49,460 bases of DNA, from contig CAYGDB010000001.1 of NCBI GenBank assembly GCA_964348535.1, positions 1-49,460 of the forward strand, given 5' to 3'. The translations under genes and the position numbers were made by a program. How positions within the stretch are numbered: the first letter of the stretch is position 1; every line of letters starts with the position of its first letter. Below, one piece after another: positions 36,515-44,064 of this stretch. Origin of the DNA: an uncultured Candidatus Saccharibacteria bacterium (GTDB lineage Bacteria > Patescibacteriota > Minisyncoccia > Phycocordibacterales > JAKFXT01). The notes under the pieces are model-generated. The model had not been told where the DNA came from. It searched no databases and saw only the letters and a list, made by a program, of their open reading frames with translations.

Positions 36515-36803
36515 CAAAGGCGTGAGTGCTGACGAATTGTTAGCTCTTAGAATATCTGCGTAGGGACCCGCTTCGGCGGGTCTTGACGTTTTATATACTG
36601 TGAATTACGAAACTCCTCGCAGGCGCATTTTTGTGAGACATTTCGCAGGCTGACGAGCCGAGAATAGCAAAAAATCAGCAGATTTTTATGCGCGTCGAGC
36701 AAAAAATTGCGCCAAGCAAAGAGTTTCGTAATTTTACGAATATAAGAAAGAATCTGCTATACTTTGGTAGTCCTTTCCAAAGAGGACTGACGGCTGCACT
36801 CAC
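36515..36803 (+). ncRNA. Candidate structured RNA / long structured murB leader, class unknown
   Basis: Nested helices: 36522-36529/36796-36803 (8 bp), 36603-36615/36721-36733 (13 bp), 36622-36632/36701-36713 (11 bp with one bulge). C(UUCG)G hairpin at 36565-36582. I see no convincing ORF. Confidence 0.35.
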
Positions 36804-36850
36804 ATAGATATTCTTTTGGAGCTCGCACCCGTCGGTCCTCTTTGGACGGT

Positions 36851-37867
36851 ATGAAAATTCAAGAACAGATCTCGCTAAAAAATCACACCACATTTAAGAT
36901 TGGCGGAAACGCCCGCTATTTTTTTGAAGCGGAATCGCTTGAAGATGTTATTGAAGCCATTCGTTTCGCAAAAAATCAGGTCATTCCATTTTTTATTTTG
37001 GGCGGAGGGTCTAACACTCTTTTTGTTTCTCCTTCGTTTGATGGCGTTGTTATCAAGATTGATATAAAAAGAAAAGAGTTTAAGGATATTGGCGGTTCTG
37101 TTTTTGTCAGCGTCGGGGCGGGAGAGATTTGGGATGAATTTGTCAGTGATTGTGTCGGCAAAAATCTTTTTGGAATTGAAAATCTTTCCGCTATTCCGGG
37201 GAAGGTCGGCGCCGCTCCGATTCAAAACATAGGAGCCTATGGGACGGAGGTTAAAAATACAATTCATTCGGTTGAATTTTTTGATATTAAAAATGAAGTT
37301 ACAAGAGTTCTTTCAAAAGAAGACTGTCTTTTTGGTTATCGTGACAGTTTTTTTAAAACAAGCGAGGGTCGAAATTTCTTGATTACCGGGGTGAACTTTC
37401 TTTTGAAGAAAGAGGGCAATTTGAATTTTTCTTATAAAGACGTGGCGAATTATTTTGAAACTAATGACACGGAGCCGACATTAAAAAGTATGCGTAAGGC
37501 TATTATAGAGATAAGGAAGGGTAAATTTCCAGACATAAAAAGTATAGGCACTGCCGGTTCTTTTTTTAAAAATCCCATTATTGATTTGGAGCATTATTCC
37601 CTTTTAGTGTCGCGTTTTAAAGGTATTCCGGGAATTCCATTTGACTCCCATTCGGTTAAAGTTCCAGCAGGATGGCTGGTTGAGCGGGTGGGCGGTTTTA
37701 AGGGCGTTCGGTATGGGGATGTCGGTGTGTGGGAAAATCAAGCTCTTGTTTTGGTTAATTTTGGTCACGCAAGCGGTCAAGAAATTTTATCACTCTCAAA
37801 AAAAATACAAGAAAAAGTTAAAAGTGATATTGGAATAACTATTGAGCCTGAAGTGGTGATAATATAA
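36851..37867 (+). CDS. murB: UDP-N-acetylenolpyruvoylglucosamine reductase
   Basis: MKIQEQISLKNHTTFKIGGNARYFFE...ILGGGSNTLF (FAD PCMH domain) and C-terminal AGWLVERVGGFKG...ALVLVNFGHASG. Confidence 0.9.
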   Translation: MKIQEQISLKNHTTFKIGGNARYFFEAESLEDVIEAIRFAKNQVIPFFILGGGSNTLFVSPSFDGVVIKIDIKRKEFKDIGGSVFVSVGAGEIWDEFVSDCVGKNLFGIENLSAIPGKVGAAPIQNIGAYGTEVKNTIHSVEFFDIKNEVTRVLSKEDCLFGYRDSFFKTSEGRNFLITGVNFLLKKEGNLNFSYKDVANYFETNDTEPTLKSMRKAIIEIRKGKFPDIKSIGTAGSFFKNPIIDLEHYSLLVSRFKGIPGIPFDSHSVKVPAGWLVERVGGFKGVRYGDVGVWENQALVLVNFGHASGQEILSLSKKIQEKVKSDIGITIEPEVVII

Positions 37868-37891
37868 TTCCCAATTTTTAAATTTGGAATT

Positions 37892-37961
37892 ATATATGTC
37901 CCTTATATACTCCTCAGCTCGGACGAAAAATCAGAATTTTCTGTCGCTCGCTCTACGTCGC
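37892..37961 (+). repeat. Palindromic repeat element, copy 2 (hairpin interior missing), intergenic
   Basis: ATATATGTCCCT|TATAT, CTCCTCAGCTCGGA (37910-37923) and CTCGCTCTACGTCGC (37947-37961) are colinear with copy 1 at 13375-13471. Confidence 0.65.
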
Positions 37962-37970
37962 ATATAAATT

Positions 37971-37991
37971 ATTTTTTATTTTTTATTTTTT
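37971..37991. repeat. (ATTTTTT)3 tandem heptamer
   Basis: Read directly; it lies 17 nt upstream of the DnaA-box 9-mer. Confidence 0.9.
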
Positions 37992-38007
37992 AATCAAACT
38001 TAAAAAG

Positions 38008-38016
38008 TTATCCACA
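38008..38016 (+). promoter_or_regulatory. Perfect DnaA-box consensus 9-mer TTATCCACA
   Basis: Exact match to the R1-type box in intergenic DNA. Protein binding is inference. Confidence 0.4.
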
Positions 38017-38174
38017 TTTTTTTTGAAAAAAATGTTGTGGCAATCTTTTAAATGTAAGATAATTATTTCAGTGATCGTTTGGTTGCAAAGCTTCTTTTTT
38101 AGAAACTTATTTCCTAAAGAAGATTAGGTCGGCAATCAATACGACCTTGGACTTAACAGTAAACATCTCCTATT

Positions 38175-38231
38175 ATGGCAGCAAAAAAGAAAAAGGCTAC
38201 TAAAAAAGTAGCTGCAAAGAAGAAGAGATAA
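38175..38231 (+). CDS. Candidate 18-aa lysine-rich micro-protein or leader peptide (MAAKKKKATKKVAAKKKR)
   Basis: ATG...TAA read directly. No Shine-Dalgarno. A perfect terminator starts 21 nt after the stop. A candidate promoter is TTGTGG (38035-38040)/GATAAT (38058-38063). Confidence 0.3.
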   Translation: MAAKKKKATKKVAAKKKR

Positions 38232-38251
38232 TATCTTTTCTCACTTTAAAC

Positions 38252-38290
38252 AAAACACCTTCGTCCTCGGACGAAGGTGTTTTGTTTTTT
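38252..38290 (+). terminator. Rho-independent terminator
   Basis: AAAACACCTTCGTCC (38252-38266) pairs with GGACGAAGGTGTTTT (38269-38283), then TTTGTTTTTT. Confidence 0.85.
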
Positions 38291-38295
38291 AGATA

Positions 38296-38335
38296 AATTA
38301 CTTTAATTTAGACGATTGTTAAAATTAAAGTAATT
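38296..38335. repeat. 14-bp perfect AT-rich inverted repeat in the secA upstream region
   Basis: AATTACTTTAATTT (38296-38309) / AAATTAAAGTAATT (38322-38335), 12-nt spacer. Confidence 0.8.
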
Positions 38336-38350
38336 ACGTTGTTCTCTCTG

Positions 38351-38378
38351 GTGAAATTGTCGCTAAGCGTGCTAATAT
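38351..38378 (+). promoter_or_regulatory. Candidate secA promoter with extended -10
   Basis: GTGAAA (38351-38356), 16-nt spacer, TGcTAATAT (38370-38378). The -10 ends 6 nt before the secA ATG. Confidence 0.35.
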
Positions 38379-38384
38379 GTCTTA

Positions 38385-40847
38385 ATGTTTGACTGGATTA
38401 AAAGCGTTAAAAACGTCGGAAAAACTTCAATTTCAAGCCTTAATCCGACCATAGAGGCCATAAACTCTTTGGAAGATGAGTTTTCCAAGCTTTCGGATGA
38501 TGGTTTAAAGGAAAAGACGCTTGAAATAAAAGCTCGTTTAGCCCGAGGGATGGGAATTGATGATATTTTGCCGGAAGCCTATGCTTTGGTAAGGGAGGCC
38601 TCCAAGCGAACTTTGAAGCAAAGGCATTTTGATGTCCAGCTTATGGGCGGCACCGTTCTTCATAAGAGAGGTATCGTTGAAATGCGGACAGGTGAAGGCA
38701 AGACTTTGGTCGCCACCCTTCCGGCCTATCTGAACGCTCTTTCCGGAGACGGCGTTCACGTCGTTACTGTCAATGACTATCTCTCTCGTCGCGACGCTGT
38801 CTGGATGGGACAAATATATTCAGCTCTCGGGCTTTCTGTCGGCGTTATCACTCATGATGAATCTTATATTTATGACCCAAATCATCGCGACCTGGATGAA
38901 ACTAGAGACACCCTCGGTTCTTTTAAAGTTGTTCATCAGTTTTTACGCCCGTCTACAAGAAAGGAAGCATACGCCGCGGATATTACTTATGGCACAAATA
39001 GTGAATTCGGTTTTGATTATTTGAGAGATAATCTGGAATATGAAACTTCAAAGCTTCGTCAGCGCGGCCACTCCTACGCCATAATAGACGAGGTAGATTC
39101 TATTCTAATAGACGAGGCTAGAACCCCTCTCATTATTTCCGCTCCATCGTCGGACTCCGGAGAGCTTTACGGCACTTTTGCCAAGATTGCTAAACAGCTA
39201 AAAAAAGATGCTGATTTTACGGTTGATGAGAAATTTAAATCAATCCAAATGACGGACGACGGAATAACCCAGGCCGAAAAAATTCTTGGAATAGAGAATA
39301 TATACACGGACGGCGGAGTAAAATATGTGCACCATCTTGAAACCGCGGTTAGGGCGGAGGCTCTTTTTATTCGTGACAAGGAATACGTTGTTAAAGACGG
39401 CGCTGTTACTATCGTTGATGAATTTACCGGTCGCCTTCAGCCTGGGCGAAGGTGGAGCGAGGGACTCCATCAGGCCATAGAAGCCAAAGAAAAGGTGGAA
39501 GTTCAAAAAGAGTCCAGGACTTACGCCTCAATCACTTATCAAAACTATTTTCGGCTTTACAAAAAACTTGCCGGTATGACGGGCACCGCCGCCACTTCCT
39601 CTGAAGAGTTTTATAAAGTTTACGGGCTTGACGTTGTTGAAATTCCGACCAATAGGATAATGAGCAGGGTCGACCACAATGACCTTATATTTCAAACGGA
39701 GGTGGGAAAATTCAAAGCCCTTGCCAGGAGGGTAAAAGAGCTCCACAGCAAAGGCCAGCCGGTTTTAATCGGCACTGTTTCGATAGAAAAGAACGAGCTT
39801 CTTTCGGCATTTTTGAAACAAGAAGGAATCCTTCACGAAATGTTGAACGCCAAGAATCACGAGAGAGAAGGAGAAATAATAGCCGAAGCCGGGAAGCGTG
39901 GGAGAGTAACGGTAGCGACAAACATGGCCGGCCGTGGCGTTGATATAAAACTAGGCGGGGCGGTTCTAAATACCGAAGCTTCTGAAGAAGTTAAAAATCT
40001 GGGCGGATTGTATGTCATAGGCACCGAAAGACATGAAGCGAGGAGGATAGACAACCAGCTTCGCGGCCGCTCCGGCCGCCAGGGGGATCCGGGCGAGACC
40101 CAATTTTACGTTTCTTTGGAGGATTCACTTATGAGAGTTTTCGCCTCCGACACAATAAAGAAGATGATGGGGCGGTTTGGCATTCCGGAGGACGAGCCGA
40201 TTGAAAATTCCCTTATTACCAAATCTCTTGAGTCGGCCCAAACAAGAATAGAGGGTTTTCATTTTGACGCCAGAAAGCATGTTCTTGAATTTGATGACGT
40301 TTTAAATCATCAGCGCAAGATTATTTATGAGCGAAGGAGGAACATTTTAGTTGGTTCCATGGACGATGTTAAAAGAGAGGTGGCTTTGATTGTGGGGGAT
40401 GATGAGGATTTGTCAAAGCAGATAGAAGAGAGGAAAAAAGTTCTCGGCAACGAAGAAGGTTTTTACGAGGTGGCAAGAAGAATGATTCTTCAGACCATAG
40501 ATATGTTCTGGGTGGACCATCTTGAAATGATGGATTACTTGAGGGGGAGCGTAAATCTGCGGGCTTACGGACAGCGCGACCCTCTTGTTGAATATAAAAA
40601 AGAGGGCCTGCAACTTTTTAAAAGAATGGAAGTTTCCATAGATGACGAGGTGGCCAAGCTTTTGCCTCACATAGGAGCTGGAGCTTTTTTGTCCGAAGAA
40701 AAAAAACTGAAGGAAGTGCGCGACCAAGCGGCTTTGATTACCGGAGGCTCTCCCAATTCAATAAGTAAAGAGAAGGAAAGTGTCGGGCGCAACGACCCTT
40801 GCCCGTGCGGAAGCGGTAAGAAATATAAGAAATGTCACGGAAATTGA
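38385..40847 (+). CDS. secA: Preprotein translocase ATPase SecA
   Basis: MRTGEGKTLVATLPAYLNAL (Walker A), IIDEVDSILIDEARTPLIIS, C-terminal Zn motif CPCGSGKKYKKCHG; 820 aa. Confidence 0.97.
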   Translation: MFDWIKSVKNVGKTSISSLNPTIEAINSLEDEFSKLSDDGLKEKTLEIKARLARGMGIDDILPEAYALVREASKRTLKQRHFDVQLMGGTVLHKRGIVEMRTGEGKTLVATLPAYLNALSGDGVHVVTVNDYLSRRDAVWMGQIYSALGLSVGVITHDESYIYDPNHRDLDETRDTLGSFKVVHQFLRPSTRKEAYAADITYGTNSEFGFDYLRDNLEYETSKLRQRGHSYAIIDEVDSILIDEARTPLIISAPSSDSGELYGTFAKIAKQLKKDADFTVDEKFKSIQMTDDGITQAEKILGIENIYTDGGVKYVHHLETAVRAEALFIRDKEYVVKDGAVTIVDEFTGRLQPGRRWSEGLHQAIEAKEKVEVQKESRTYASITYQNYFRLYKKLAGMTGTAATSSEEFYKVYGLDVVEIPTNRIMSRVDHNDLIFQTEVGKFKALARRVKELHSKGQPVLIGTVSIEKNELLSAFLKQEGILHEMLNAKNHEREGEIIAEAGKRGRVTVATNMAGRGVDIKLGGAVLNTEASEEVKNLGGLYVIGTERHEARRIDNQLRGRSGRQGDPGETQFYVSLEDSLMRVFASDTIKKMMGRFGIPEDEPIENSLITKSLESAQTRIEGFHFDARKHVLEFDDVLNHQRKIIYERRRNILVGSMDDVKREVALIVGDDEDLSKQIEERKKVLGNEEGFYEVARRMILQTIDMFWVDHLEMMDYLRGSVNLRAYGQRDPLVEYKKEGLQLFKRMEVSIDDEVAKLLPHIGAGAFLSEEKKLKEVRDQAALITGGSPNSISKEKESVGRNDPCPCGSGKKYKKCHGN

Positions 40848-40920
40848 TAATCCCGTATTTATTGGATTTTTCAGAGTATCAAATGCAACCTAAGTCTTAT
40901 ATTTATAGGAAAATAACTAA

Positions 40921-41466
40921 ATGCGTGAGATCGAAATAAAAATTAAAGTAAAGGATTTGGATAAAATCCAAGAAAAACTCAAGGAAAGAGGGTGCGTTTT
41001 TTCTGATCCTATCAGTCAGCACGACGTCATTTATTCAAATGGCGGGAGCGCTAATGAATTGCAAAGCTCTAAAGAAGGAGATGTTTTTTTGCGGATACGT
41101 CGAATGAACGACATGAGCAAATTAAATCTAAAGCAACAGCGTTCAAGTGAGATGGATAACATTGAATATGAAACGGAAATAGAAGATCCCGAAGTGATGC
41201 ATAATATTTTATTTACTTTAGGTTGGCATCCAGAAGTTGAAGTTAAAAAAATGCGCCGAAAGGGAAAACTCGGAGAATATGAGATTTGTCTGGATGATGT
41301 TGAAAAACTCGGAAGTTTTATTGAGGTCGAAAAATTAACCAACGATGATGCAAACCCTCAAGAAATTAGAGAAGAATTATTTAGGGTGGTAGAGTCGCTA
41401 GATTTATCTCGCAGTGACGAAGAAACGAGGGGTTACGATACGCAGATTTATTTTTTGTCGCACTGA
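40921..41466 (+). CDS. CYTH-domain protein (class IV adenylate cyclase / triphosphate tunnel metalloenzyme family)
   Basis: N-terminal ExExK signature MREIEIKIKV; 181 aa; alternating acidic/basic beta-strand pattern. Confidence 0.75.
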   Translation: MREIEIKIKVKDLDKIQEKLKERGCVFSDPISQHDVIYSNGGSANELQSSKEGDVFLRIRRMNDMSKLNLKQQRSSEMDNIEYETEIEDPEVMHNILFTLGWHPEVEVKKMRRKGKLGEYEICLDDVEKLGSFIEVEKLTNDDANPQEIREELFRVVESLDLSRSDEETRGYDTQIYFLSH

Positions 41467-41547
41467 GGTTGAATCTCTAATACCATTCACATCACATATC
41501 AAAAAGTGTTACGGGGTTTAGTGTTTTGGAATATTTAAAAGGTATTA

Positions 41548-41577
41548 TTGACTGGAAGTTTATCTTAAGATAAACTT
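41548..41577 (+). promoter_or_regulatory. Toxin-antitoxin promoter with overlapping palindromic operator
   Basis: TTGACT (41548-41553), 17-nt spacer, TAAACT (41571-41576). A perfect 22-nt palindrome AAGTTTATCTTAAGATAAACTT (41556-41577) spans the spacer and -10. Confidence 0.6.
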
Positions 41578-41583
41578 AAAAAT

Positions 41584-41823
41584 ATGAAAAGTACAATTGT
41601 GGGATTAAAAGAATTGCGCGGAAACATGGATGCCTATATCTCCAAGGTTAAGAATGGCAAGTCTTTTATAGTTGTTCGAAAATCAAAGCCACTTTTTAAA
41701 ATAATTCCGCTTGAGTTTGAAAACCAATGGGAAACAGTAATTGATTTTACAGAAATTAGCAAGAATGGTATCGCTGCTAAAGAAATCCTAAAAGAACTTC
41801 GTCAGTTGAATGTCCAGTCTTAA
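41584..41823 (+). CDS. Type II antitoxin, Phd/YefM-like
   Basis: 79 aa; MKSTIVGLKELRGNMDAYISKVKNGKSFIVVRKSKPLFKIIP. Overlaps the toxin gene by 14 nt. Confidence 0.7.
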   Translation: MKSTIVGLKELRGNMDAYISKVKNGKSFIVVRKSKPLFKIIPLEFENQWETVIDFTEISKNGIAAKEILKELRQLNVQS

Positions 41824-42049
41824 AAGAATCCTCTCTCGGTTCAATAAAGAAGAAAGAGAGATTATAGAATTTTTGATTGAGAAAATTATTTCTCTTGATT
41901 GGCATAATTTAGATATCAAAAAGCTGAGAGGGTATCAAAATATTTTTAGGGTTCGCAAAGGTAAAATTAGAATTATTTTTACCAAAGATAAAGAAAAAAT
42001 TTCTATTGTTACTATTGAACGTCGCCGTGAAGATACTTATAAATTTTAA
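41810..42049 (+). CDS. Type II toxin, RelE/ParE superfamily
   Basis: 79 aa; LDIKKLRGYQNIFRVRKGKIRIIFTKDKEKISIVTIERRREDTY is the typical RelE-fold C-terminus. Confidence 0.7.
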   Translation: MSSLKRILSRFNKEEREIIEFLIEKIISLDWHNLDIKKLRGYQNIFRVRKGKIRIIFTKDKEKISIVTIERRREDTYKF

Positions 42050-42245
42050 TAAGACATATGACCAGAATGTTGGAAACCGAGCTTTGGACATTATTTATAG
42101 AGTAGTATCTACTATCATAAGATATATCGTATGATAAGAACGGCGAAACATAGGGTTGCCCAAAGACTGAAGATACAAGGTCATATCTAAATTACTTAAC
42201 AAGAGTTAATTCAGAACCTAAAAAGGTTCTATACTCCGAGTTAAT

Positions 42246-43961
42246 TCAGCATCTAAAAATTGCCTTTTCTTCTTCTTTTTTGAATATATAAATATTCGGT
42301 CCTGTCGCGCGGACAAAGATAAGTTTTTTTATGTCCCAGACAAACGGAAGCGAGAGTAGCTGATGCGTTTCTTGTTTGTCTTCGGAATGTGATAAAAAGC
42401 TTTGGGCAAGGGTGAATCCTTTTGAACACAATATCTTTTTTGTTTCTGTTACTTCTTTATCGCCGGAAAAAACAATCCACGAATACTCTAGCGATTCAAA
42501 TTTTCCATCTGTTATTGTCGCAGGGTCGCTTGCCCAAACTATATCTCTTGTCTTCGCGTTTTTAAATCCGTTTGATTTTATAATTTTGTCCGCGCTACTT
42601 AGTTCGTTTTCTGAAACCATAGCCAAGCTTTCAGGCGTGGTCGGCAAATTCAGAATATGACTATTTATGGAGCTTAAAATTTTTTCATTTGCCGATGTTT
42701 TTTCCAGTATATATTTATGCGTATGATGTATGGTATCTCCGCCCAAAAACACTTTTGATATCAGGACAATCATCGAACCTTGTATTAAAAGAAGGGCAAT
42801 AAAAGTCGCCAAAATCATTTTTTTATTTGCAAGTCTTGCCATAAGCGAGGCGGTGAGGAAAAAAATCGAAGGCAGTATTAGAAGGACAAAGTAGCCGCTA
42901 TATATGCCTGAAAAAATCAATGATAGAAATAAGAAGCTCACTATATGGAACCCGGCTATAGTTTCGTAAACGGTTAATTTATTTTTTCTTCGGATGAGGA
43001 AGTAAAGAGCAATAATGGAAGCGAAGGCGGGCGCCAGCTCGCTTGTTGGGTACGAGTGATATAGAAAACGTGAAATGCCGCCAAGTCCGACTGGCGGACT
43101 CGGATGTTTTTGACTCAAAAAAGAGTTTGGAATGGTGGCGGAGTTTTGACCAAGGTTTGCCAAAGTAAAAATAACTCTCGGGTATCCAATTAGGATGCTT
43201 AAAATAATAGCTATAACGAGAGACAGCCATAAAATTTTGCTAAACAATTTTTCCTTGGTGAAAGACCACAAAAGACGACCGTCTAGCGAGGAAGTAAAGT
43301 GAGCCAAAACAGGCATTGCGAAGTTTGTAATGCCTGTTTGCCCGGAAGCAAAAGTAAGGGCCGCTGAACCAAAGGCGAGGGCGTAATTTAAAACAGATTT
43401 TTTTTCTGCCAGATTAAATGACGCGTATAGGGTTATGGCGGTGAAAAAAAATAGAAAGCTGTGTATACGTGGCGTTACGGAAAAGAATAATGTGTATGAG
43501 CTTACAGCCGACAGAAGGAGAGCAAAGGTAGCCGCGTTTTTTGAATATTCCGAGGAAACAAATTTTCTGGCGGTGTAAATTATTAAAAGTATGGCAAGTA
43601 AGTTTATAAGCAACATCTCCGCTTCCACAAATTGGTACAGATTTGTTTCTCGGAGCGCGTAGGATTTAACAAAATCAGCCGTGGTCTCAAAAGTTCCATC
43701 TATTTTGTTCTTTAGGTAGTGGGTTATTATGGATGGTGACAGAAGATAGGAACCAAGCAGAGGATATTTGTGGTCATCAGATAAAAAGGTATGGAGAGAA
43801 CCAGCTTTAGCGCTTGATAAAAGCTCAAGAGTTGTTGGTAACAAGCTTGCGTCTGAAAGACGCTTTGTGTCAGGTCCTAGCGAAAACAGCAGAATTCTCG
43901 GTGCTATCAAAAGCGTTATGGCAATCAGTATTAGGATATGATATAGAGTATTTTTAAACAT
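42246..43961 (-). CDS. GT-C-like polytopic membrane protein (ArnT/PMT_2-like)
   Basis: 571 aa; first loop FLSDDHKYPLLGSYLLS; ~12 TM helices, then a soluble C-terminal domain. Confidence 0.55.
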   Translation of the reverse strand: MFKNTLYHILILIAITLLIAPRILLFSLGPDTKRLSDASLLPTTLELLSSAKAGSLHTFLSDDHKYPLLGSYLLSPSIITHYLKNKIDGTFETTADFVKSYALRETNLYQFVEAEMLLINLLAILLIIYTARKFVSSEYSKNAATFALLLSAVSSYTLFFSVTPRIHSFLFFFTAITLYASFNLAEKKSVLNYALAFGSAALTFASGQTGITNFAMPVLAHFTSSLDGRLLWSFTKEKLFSKILWLSLVIAIILSILIGYPRVIFTLANLGQNSATIPNSFLSQKHPSPPVGLGGISRFLYHSYPTSELAPAFASIIALYFLIRRKNKLTVYETIAGFHIVSFLFLSLIFSGIYSGYFVLLILPSIFFLTASLMARLANKKMILATFIALLLIQGSMIVLISKVFLGGDTIHHTHKYILEKTSANEKILSSINSHILNLPTTPESLAMVSENELSSADKIIKSNGFKNAKTRDIVWASDPATITDGKFESLEYSWIVFSGDKEVTETKKILCSKGFTLAQSFLSHSEDKQETHQLLSLPFVWDIKKLIFVRATGPNIYIFKKEEEKAIFRC

Positions 43962-44064
43962 AGGTTATAGTTAGGTGGGGCTTAGCCACCTTTCTATATA
44001 TTAGCTGTTTTTGGCGAGCAATGAAACAAATTTAGAAAATATTTTAAAGACAAATTTTTGTAAA

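Noticed and set aside
36675-36893. 72-aa minus-strand ORF across the murB start and the structured spacer
   Set aside because: It overlaps the murB initiation region, has no RBS, and its sequence has no recognisable features. The region is better explained as structured RNA or leader.
37971-38016. Calling this (or 48059-48408) the chromosomal replication origin
   Set aside because: There are only one or two boxes per site, no dnaA/dnaN/rpmH nearby, and I cannot compute GC skew. I kept it as a finding to test, not as a feature call.
40921-42049. CYTH protein + toxin-antitoxin as a combined signalling defence system
   Set aside because: The genes are separated by a 117-nt spacer carrying the TA pair's own promoter and operator. 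CYTH proteins are common stand-alone housekeeping enzymes, so nothing ties them together beyond adjacency.
42203-42249. 12-nt direct repeat GAGTTAATTCAG flanking a 6-bp hairpin (AGAACC/GGTTCT), possible insertion footprint or MITE
   Set aside because: It is too short to distinguish from chance in AT-rich DNA. The second copy overlaps the stop codon of the minus-strand gene. There is no T-run for a terminator and no other copies noticed.
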